Source: the human T2T-CHM13v2.0 reference genome, Homo sapiens. Taken from it: a DNA stretch of 64,000 bases. Shown here piece after piece: positions 54,201 to 64,000 of this stretch. Both the position numbers and the translations under genes were made by a program. The stretch is taken from the NCBI RefSeq assembly GCF_009914755.1, contig NC_060931.1. One strand, written 5' to 3'. The notes under the pieces were generated by a model. That model made no database searches and was not told the DNA's origin. It worked only from the letters and a program-made list of their open reading frames with translations. Numbering within the stretch: the stretch's first letter is position 1; each line of letters begins with the position of its first letter.

Positions 54201-57200
54201 GTTTAGTTCTTCCCTGAAAATATTTCATTTTCCACCATAGGCCTCAATGCACTCCCAAATAACCCTTCACAGATTCTGCCAAAAGGGTGTTTCCAAACAG
54301 CTCCATCAAAGGAAATTTTTAACACTGTAAAATGAATGCAAACATCACAAATCAGTGCTACAGAAAGCTTCTTTCCAGTTCTTTTCTGAAGATATTAACT
54401 CTTTCACCATAAGTCTCTATGCACTACCTATTATCACTTTGCAGATTATACAAAAACAGTGTTTCCAAACTGCTCAGTCAAAAGAAAGGTTTAACTCTGT
54501 GTGATGACTGCAAACATCACAAATCAGTTTCTCAAAAAGCTTCTTTCTAGTTTTTATCCGAATATATTTCCTTTTTCATCATAGGTTTCAATGTGCTCCC
54601 AAATATCCCATTGCAGATTCTCTAAAAACTTTGTTTCCAAACGGCTCAAAAAAACACTTTTAACTCTGTGAATGGAACGCACACATCATTAAACAGTTTC
54701 TCAGAAAGTTTCTTTCTAGTTTTTATCCGAAAATAGTTCCTTTTTCACCATAGGCCTCAGTGTGCTTCCAAATATACCTTTGCAGATTATCTGAATCAGT
54801 GTTTCCAAATTCCTCAATCAAAAAGGAAGGTTTAAGTCTGTGAGATGAATATACACATCACAAAACAGTTTCTCATATACCTTCTGTCTAGTTCTTCTGT
54901 GAAGACATTTTCTTTTTCACCATAGGCCTCAATGTGCTCCCATATATCCATTCACAGATTCTACAAAAACAGTGTTTCCAAACTGTTCCATCAAAAGGAC
55001 TTACCTCTCTTAGATGAAGGCACACATCAGAAAGCAGTGTCTCATAATGCTGCTTTCCAGTTTTTATCTGAAGACAATTACTTTATCACCATAGGCTTCA
55101 ACGTGCTCCCAAATATCCCATCACAGATTCTACAAAAAGAGTGTTTCCAAACTGCTCAGTCAAAAAAGAGGTTTAACTCTGCGAGTTGAATGCACACATC
55201 TCAAAGCAGTTTCTCAAAAAGCTTCTTTCTACTTTAAAAAGAGTATTTCCAAACCGCTCAGTCAAAAAAGAGGTTTAACTCTGTGAGTTGAATGCACACA
55301 TCTCAAAGCAGTTTCTCAAAAAGCTTCTTTCTACTTTTTATCCGAAGATATTTCCTTTTTCACCATAGGCCTCTATACGCTCCCAAATGTACCTTTGCAT
55401 ATTCTACAAAAATAGTGTTTACAAACTGCTCTATCAAAAGATTGGTTTAACTCTGTGAGATGAATGCACACATCACAAAGCAGTTTCTAATATAGCTTCT
55501 GTCAAGTTCTCTGAAGATATTTCCTTTTCCACCGTAGGCCTCAATGTGCTCCCAAATATACCTTTCAGATTCCACAAAATCAGTGTTTCCAAACTGCTCA
55601 TTCAAAGGTTTAACCGTGTGACAGGAATAAACACATCACAAAGCAGTTTGTCAGAAAGCTTCTCTCTAGTTTTCATCAGAACATATTTCATTTTTCAACA
55701 TAGGCTTCAATGTGTTGAAAAGTATCCCTGTTCTCAAAAATATCCCTTCACAGATTCTATAAAAACAGTGTTTCCAAACCTCTCAATCAAAAGAAATGCT
55801 TAACTCAGTGAGGTAAGTGAACACATCACAAAGAAGTTTCTCAGAAAGCTTCTTTCTAGTTTTTATCAGAAGATATTTCCTTTTCCACCAAAGGCCTCAA
55901 TGTGCTCCCAAATATCCCTTCACAGATTCTATAAAAACAGTGTTTCTGAACTGTCCCATCAAAACAAGGGTTTAATTCTGTGAGATGAATGTGCACATCA
56001 GAAAGCAGTTTCTCATAATGCTTCTTTCCAGTTTTTATCTGAAGTTATTTCCTTGTTCACTACAGGCCTTTTTAGGCTACAAAACATTGCTTCACAGATT
56101 ATACAAAGCAGTGCTTCCAAACTGCACTGTCAAAAGAAAAGTTTAACTATGTGAGATGAATGCAGACATCACAGAGAAATTTCTCAAAAGACTTCTTTCT
56201 AGTTTTTATCCAAAGATATGTCCTTTTTCACCATAGGAATCAGTTCGCTCCCAAATATCCCATTTCATATCCTACAAAAACAGTGTTTCCAAACTGATCA
56301 GTCAAAAGAGATGTTTAACTCTGTGAGAAGAATAGACACATCACAAAGTGATCTCTCAGAAAGCTTCTTTCTAGTTTTTATCTGAAGTTATTTCCTTTTT
56401 CACCATAGGCCTCATGCACTCCCAAATATCCCTTCACAGATTCTACAAAAACAGTGTTTCCAAACTGATCAGTCAAAAGAAAGCCTTAACTCAGTGAGAC
56501 GAATGCACACATCACAAAGTAGTTTCTCAAAAAGCTTCTTTCTCGTTTTTATCTGAAGATATTTCCTTTATTACCATAGGCTTCAATGTGCTCCCAAATA
56601 TCCCTTTGCAGACTCTGCAAAAACAGCCTTTACCAACTGCTCAAAAAAACAGGTTTAACTCTGTGAGTTTAAGACACTTCATACAGCAGTTTCTCAAAAA
56701 GCTTCTCTCTAGTTTTTTTCTGAAGTAATTTCTTTTTTTCACCATAGGCCTCAATGTGCTCCAAAATAACCCTTTGCAGATTCTACAAAAACAGTGTTTC
56801 CAAACTGCTCAATCAAAGGAAGGTTTAACTCTGTTTGATGAATGCACATGTCACAAAGCATTTTTCAGATAGTTTCTCTCTAGTTCTTCTTTGAAGATAT
56901 TTCATTTTCCACCATAGGCCTCAATGCACTCCCAAATATCCCTTTGCAGATTCTGTAAAAACTGTTTCCAAACTGTTCCACCTAAGGAAGGGTTTAATCC
57001 TGTGAGATGAACACACACATCAGAAATCCATTTCTCATAACTCTTCTTTCTAGTTTTTATCTGAAGATAATTCCTTTATCATCATAGGTTTCAAAGCGCT
57101 CCCAAATATCCCATCGCAGATTCTACAAAAACAGTGTTTCCAAACTGCACTGTCAAAAAAGAGGTTTAACTCTGTGAGTTGAATGCACATATCACAAAGC

Positions 57201-60200
57201 AGTTTCTCAAAAAGCTTCTTTCTACTTTTTATCTGAAGATATTACCTTTTTCACCATAGGCCTCTGTGCTCTCCCAAGTATCCCTTTGAAGCTTGTGCAA
57301 AAACAGTGTTTCCAAGCTACTCAATCAAAAGAATTCTTTAACTCTGTGAAATGAATGCATGCATCACAAAGCAGTTTCTCAGATAGTTTTTGTCAAGTTC
57401 TTCTCTGAAGATATTTCCTTATCCAACATAGGCCTCAATGTGCTCCCACATATTCCTTTGCAGATTCTACAAAAACAATGTTTCCAAACTGCTCAGTCAA
57501 AGGTTTAACTGTGTGACAAGAATGAACACATCACAAAGAAGTTTCTCAGAAATCTCCTTTCTCGTTTTTATTGGAAGATATTTCCTTTTTAAACCTAAGC
57601 CTCAATGCGCTCAAAAGTTTCCCTGTGCTCACAAGTATCCCTTCACAGATTCTACAAAAACAATGTTTCCAAACTTCTCAATCAAAAGAAAGGCTTAACA
57701 CAGTGAGGTGAGAGAACACATCACAAAGCAGTTTCTCAGAATGCTTCTTTTTGGTTTTTATCAAATGATATTTCATTTTCCACCATAGGCCTCAATGCGC
57801 TCCCAAATATCCCTTCACAGATTCTATGAAAACAGTGTTTCCAAAGTGTTCCATTAAAAGAAGTGTTCAATTCCATAAGATGAACTCACACATCAGTAAG
57901 CAGTTTCTAATAACGTTTCCTTCCAGTTTTTATCTGAAGTTATTTCCTTGTTCACTATAGGCTTTTTATGCTACCTAACATCACTTCATGGATTGTACAA
58001 AAAAAGTGTTTCCAAACTGCACAGTCAAAAGAAAAGTTTAACTCTGTGATTTGAATGCAGACTTCACAAAGCAGTTTCTCCAAAGGCTCCTTTCTAGTTT
58101 TTATCTGAAGATAAGTCCTTTTTCACCATAGGCATCAGTGCACTCCCAAATATCCCATTGCAGATACTACAAAAACAGTGTTTCCAAACTGATCATTCAA
58201 AAGAGACATTTTACACTGTGAGAAGAATGCACACATCTCAAAGCTGTATCTCAGGAAGCTTCTTTCTAGTTTTATCTGAAGTTAATTCTTTTTTCACCAC
58301 AGGCCTCGTGCACTCCCATATATCCCTTCACTGATTCTACAAAAACAGTATTTCCAAACTGCTCAAACAAAAGAAAGTTTTAACTCTGTTGGCTGAATGC
58401 CCACATCACAAAGCAGTCTCTCAGAAAGCTTCTGTGTAGTTCTTCTCTGAAGATATTTCCTTTTCCACCATAGGCCTCAATGTGCTCCCGAATATCCCAT
58501 CGCAGATTCTACAAAAACAGTGTTTCCAAACTGTTCCATCAAAAGAAGGACTTCACTCAGTGAGCTGAATGCACATATCAGAAAGCTGTTTCTCAAAATG
58601 CTTTTTCCCAGTTTTTATCTGAAGATAATTTCTTTTTCACCATAGACTTTATTGCACTACATAATATCACTTCAGAGATTGTGCAAAAACAGTGTTTCCA
58701 AACTGCTCAGTCAAAGAAAAGTTTAAATCTGTGAGATGAATGCACACATCAAAAAGCAGTTTCTCAAAAAACATCCTTCTATTTCTTATCTGAAGATACT
58801 TCCTTTATCACCATAGGCGTCCATGCACTCCCAAATATACCATCGCAGATTCTAGAAAAACTGTGTATCAAAACTGCTCAATTAAAAAACAGGTTTAACT
58901 CTGTGAGTGGAACACACATATGACAAAGCAGTTTCTAAAAAAGCTACTTTCTGGTTTTTATCTGAAGATATTTCATTTTTCAGCATAGGCCTCAGTGCAC
59001 TCTGAAATACACCTTTGCACATTCTAATAAAATGGTGTTTCCAATCTGCTAAATCAAAAGAAAGTTTTAACTCTGTGAGATGAATACACACATCACAAGG
59101 CAGTTTCTCATAACTCTTTTTTTCAGTTTTTATCTGAAGATATTTCCTTGTTCACCATAGGCCTTTTTGCGCTACATAACATCTCTTCTCAGATTATACA
59201 AAAACATGTTTCCAAACTGCTCAGTCAAAAGGAAAGTTTAACTCTGTGATGAACGCACACGTCACAAAGCAGTTTCTCAGCTAGCTTCTGTCTAGTTCTT
59301 CTCTGAAGATCTTTCCTTTTCCAACATAGGCCTCAATGCACTCCAAAATATCACTTCACAGCTTCTATAAAAACAGTGTTTCTGAACGGTTAAATCAAAA
59401 GAAGGATTTAACTCTGTGAGATGAAAGCACACATTAGAAAGCAGTTTCTAATAATGCTTCTTTCCAGTTTTTATCTGAAATTATTTCCTTTTTCACCATA
59501 GGCTTTTTTGTGCTACCTGATATCACTTTGCAGATTTTGCAAAACATTGCTTCACACTTTATACAAAAACATTGTTTCCAATTTGCGGAGTCAAAAGAAA
59601 AGTTTAACTCTGTGAGATGAAAGTGCACATCACAAAGTAGTTTCTCAAAAAGCTTCTTTCTAGTTTTTATCCAAAGGTATTTCCTTTTTGACCGTAGACT
59701 TCGATGTACTCCCATATACCCCTTTGCAGACTCTACAAAAACAACGTTTCCAAACTGCCCAATCAAAAGAAAGGTTTAACTCAGTGAGATGAATGCGCAC
59801 CCCACAAAACAGTTTCTCAGATAGTTTCTGTCTAGTTCTTCTATGAAGATTTTTCCTTTTCCACCATAAGCCTCAATGTGCCCCCAAATATCCTTTCACA
59901 GATTCTACAAAAACAGTATTTCCAAAGTGTTCCATCAAAAGAAGGACTTCACTCTGTGAGATGAACACACACATGAGAAAGCAGTTTCTCATAATGCTTC
60001 TTTCCAGTTTTTATGTGAATATATTTCCTTTTTCACCATAGGCTTTTATGCACTACCTAATATCACTTCACAGATTTTGCAAAAACAGTGTTTTCAAACT
60101 GCTGAATCCAAACAAAGGTTTAACTCTGTGAGACAAAGGTACACACCACAAAGCAGTTTCTCCAAAACTTCTGTCTAGTTTTTATCCAAAGATATTTCCT

Positions 60201-63200
60201 TCATCACCGTAGGCTTCAATGCACTCCCAAATATCCCATCACAGATTCTACAAAACATTCTTTCCAAACTGATCAATCAAAAATCATGTTTACCTCTGCG
60301 AGTTGAATGCACACATCACAAAGGAGTTTCCCAAAAGGATTCCTTTAGTTTTCATCCAAAGATATTACCTTTTTCACCATTGGACTCAGTGAGCTGCAAA
60401 ATATACCTTTGCAGATTCTACAAAAACAGTGTTTCCAAACTGCTCAATCAAAAGAAATGTTTAACTCTGTGAGATGAATGCACACATCACAAAGCAATTT
60501 CTCACATAGTTTTTGTCTAGTAATTCTCTGAAGACATTTACTTTTCCACCATAACCCTCTGTGCACTCACAAATATCCCTTTGCAGATTCTATAAAAACA
60601 GCATTTCCAAACTGTTCCATCAAAAGAAGGATTTAACTCTGTGAGATGAATGCACACATCAGGAAGCAGTTCCTCATAGCACTTCTTTCCAGTTTTTATC
60701 TGAAGTTATTTCCTTTTTCAACAATGGCTTTTTTGCACTACAAAATATCGTATGACAGATTTTGCAAAAACAGGGCTTCCAAACTGCTCAGATAAAAGGA
60801 AGGTTTAACTCTGTGAGATGAATTCACACATCACAAATCAGTTTTTTAAAAGCTTCCTTCTAGTTTTTCTCCGAAGATATTTCCTTTATAACTGATGGCT
60901 TCAACATGCTCCAAAATATTCCATCACAGATTCTACAAAAACAGTGTTTCCACACAGCTCAATCAAACGAAAGGTTTAACTCTGTGAGATGAATGCACAC
61001 ATCACAAAGCAGTTTCTCAGAAAGCTTCTGTCTAGTTCTTCTCTGAAGTTATATCTTTTTCCACCATAGGCCCAAATGAGCTCCAAAATATCACTTCGCA
61101 GATTCTACAAAAACAGTGTTTCTCAACTGTTCCATCAAAAGAAGGATTTAACTCTGTGAGATAAATGCACACATCAGAAAGCAGTTTCTCATAACGCTTC
61201 TTTCCAGTTTTCATCTGAAGATATTTCTTTTTTCACCATAGGCCTTTTTGCACTACCATACATCACTTCACAGATTATGCAAAAACAGTGTTTCCAAACT
61301 GCTCTGTTAAAAGAAAGGTTTAACTCTGTGAGATGAATACACACATCACAAAGCAGTTTCTCAAAAAGCTTCTTTCTAGTTATTATCCAAATATATTTCC
61401 TTTTTCACCATAGGCTTCAATGTGCTCCTAAATATCCCTTCACAGATTCTACAAAAAGAGTGTTTCCAAACTATTCAGTCAAAAAAACCAGTTTTACTCT
61501 GTAATTGGAATGCACACAACACAAAGCAGTTTCTCAAAAAGCTTCTTTCTAATTTTTATCTGTAGATAGTTCATTTTTCACCATAGGCTTCAATGCATGC
61601 CAAAATATACCTTTGCAGATTCTACAAAAACAGTGTTTCCAAACTCCTCAATCAAAAGAAAGGTTTGACTCTCTGACATGAATGCACATATTACAAAGCA
61701 GTTTGTCAGAAAGCTTCTGTCTAGTTCTCTGAAGATATTTCCTTTTCCACCATAGGCCTCAAATCTCTCCCAAATATTCCTTTGCAAATTCTACAAAAGC
61801 AGTGTTTCCAAACTGTCCCATCAAAAGAAGACATAACTCTGTGAGATGAACGCACACATCACAAAGCAGTTTCTCAGATAGCTTCTGTCTAGTTCTAATC
61901 TGAAGATATTTCCTTTTCCACCTTAGGCCTCAATGCACTCTCAAATATCCCTTTGGAGAGTCTATAAAACCAGTGTTTCCTAACTGTTCCATCAAAAGAA
62001 GGCTGTAACACTGTGAGATGACTGCACACATAAGAAAACAGTTTCTGATAACTCTTGTTTCAGTTTTTATCTGAAGATATTTTCTTGTTCACCATAGGCC
62101 TTTTTGTGCTATCATCACTTCGCAGATTACACAAAAACAGTACTTCCAAACTACTCAGTCAAATAAAAGTTTAACTCTGCGAGAGGAATGCATACATCAT
62201 AAAGCAGTTCTCAAAAAGCTTCTTTCTAGTTTTTATCTGAAGATGTTTCCTTTTTCACCATAGGCTTCAAAGTGCTCCAAAATACCCATTCACTGATTCT
62301 ACAAAAATGGTGTTTCCAAACTGCTAAATCAAAAGAAAAATTTAGCTCTGTGAAATGAATACATACATCACAAAGCAGTTTCTCATAACTCTTGTTTCCA
62401 GTTTTTTCCTGAAAATATTTCCTTGATTGCCATAGGCCTTTTTGGGCTACCTATCATTGCTTTGCACATTACAAAAAAACAGTGTTTCCAAACTGCTCAG
62501 TCAAAAGACAAGTTTAACTGTGTGAGATGAAAGCATACAGCACAAAGTAGTTTCTCAGAAAGCTTCTTTCTAGTTTTTTTATGAAGATATTTCCTTTTAC
62601 ACCATAGGCCTCAATGCTCTCCCAATTATCCGTTACCAGATTCTACAAAAACAGTGTTTCTGAACTGTTCCATCAAAGGAAGGATTTAACTCTGTTAGAT
62701 GAACAGACCCATCAGAAGGCAGTTTCTCATAAAGATTCATTCAATTTTTTATCTGAAGATATTTCCTTGTTTACCATAGGACTTTTTCACTACTTAATAT
62801 CACTGCACAGATTTTACAAAAACAGTGTTTCCATACTATTCAGTCTAAAAAAAAGTTTAATGCTGTAAGACGATTGCACACATCACAAAGCAGTTTCTCA
62901 AAAAACTTCTTTCAAATGTTTATCTGAAGATATTTCCTTTATCACCATAGGCTTCAATGCACTCCCAATATTCCATTACAGTTTCTACAAAATCAGTGTT
63001 TTCAAGCTGCTCAATCAAAAAACTGGTTTAAATCTGTGAGTTGAATGCACACATCTCACAGCAGTTTCTCAAAAAGTTCTTTCTAGTTTTTATCTGAAGA
63101 TTTTCCTTTTTCACCATAGGATTCATGCACTCCTAAATATCTCTTCACAGATTCTACAAAAACAGTGTTTCCAAACTGATCAATCAAAAGATAGGTTTAA

Positions 63201-63400
63201 CTCTGTGAGATGAATGCACACATCACAAAGCAGTTTCTCAAAAAGATTCTTTCTAGTTTTTATCTGAAGACATTTCCTTTTTCACCTCAGGTTTCAATGC
63301 ACTCCAAAATATCCCTTCACAAATTATACAAAAACATTGTTTCCAAACTGATCAATTAAAGAAAGGTTTAATTCTGTGAGATGAATGCATACATCCAAAG
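51298..63400 (-). repeat. Alpha satellite block 4 (distinct family, contains a ~1.9-kb duplication)
   Basis: Diagnostics tttccttgttcac, ctcataatgcttc, tctcaaaaagcttc, agttcttctctgaag, ctgttccatcaaaagaagga; block-3 markers absent. Boundaries approximate. Confidence 0.9.
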
Positions 63401-64000
63401 CAGTTTCTCAGAGAACTTCTTTCTAGTTTTTATATGAAGATATTTCCTTTTTGACCATAAGGGTCAAAGGGCTCCCAAATATCCCTTTGCGGATTCTACA
63501 AAAACAGTCTTTCCAAAGTGCTCAATCAAAAGAAAGCTTTCACTCTGTGAGATGAATGCACACATCACAAATCAGTTTCTCAGAAAGATTTCCTGTAGTT
63601 TATATCTGAAGATATAACCTTTTTCACCAAAGGTCTCATTGGGCTCACAAATACCCATTTTCAGATACTACAAAAACAGCCTTTCCAAACTCCTCCATCA
63701 AAACAAAGGTTTAACTCTGTGAGATGAATGCACACATTCAAAAGCAGTTTCTCAGAAAACGTCTTTCCAGTTTGCATCTGCAGATATTTCCTTTTTCTCC
63801 ATAGGCCTCAATGCACTCCCTAATATCACTTTGCAGATTCAACAAAAACAGAGTTTCCAAACTGCTCAATCCAAAGAAAGGTTTATCTCTGTGAGTTGAA
63901 TGCACGCATCTCAAAGCAGTGTCTCAGAATGTTTCTTTCTAGTTTTTATGTGAAGATATTTCATTTTTCACCCTAAGACTCAAAGGGCACCCAAATAAAC
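63401..64000 (-). repeat. Alpha satellite block 3, resumed
   Basis: gggtcaaagggctc at 63461, followed by the same three monomer types seen after 45681 and 48255. Confidence 0.9.

Overview
Primate (most likely hominid) pericentromeric heterochromatin. About 54 kb is divergent, CENP-B-box-negative ~171-bp alpha satellite, all in one orientation (reverse complement of the usual consensus). It is built from several blocks that can be told apart by eye: ~1-8.35 kb, ~8.35-22.0 kb, ~22.0-35.4 kb, ~35.4-51.3 kb plus 63.4-64 kb, and ~51.3-63.4 kb. Five retroelements interrupt it, each with a readable target-site duplication (TSD): four truncated L1PA elements (three with twin-priming 5' inversions) and one HERV-K(HML-2) LTR5-family solo LTR. 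There are no intact protein-coding genes; the ORF track is broken L1 ORF2 plus spurious satellite and LTR frames, so I found no novel protein system. The best leads are structural: (1) a ~12-kb foreign alpha block in an old higher-order repeat (HOR) that resumes in phase, with the same monomer type on both sides; (2) a recurring perfect hairpin, TGTCCATTC-GCA-GAATGGACA, confined to one layer; (3) three of five insertions, made by two different enzymes, at the same monomer position; (4) two independent inverted L1s ending within 20 nt of each other in ORF2; (5) a solo LTR that keeps its TATA-like motif but has no downstream AATAAA. Subfamily and layer assignments are by eye and from recalled consensus sequences, not computed.
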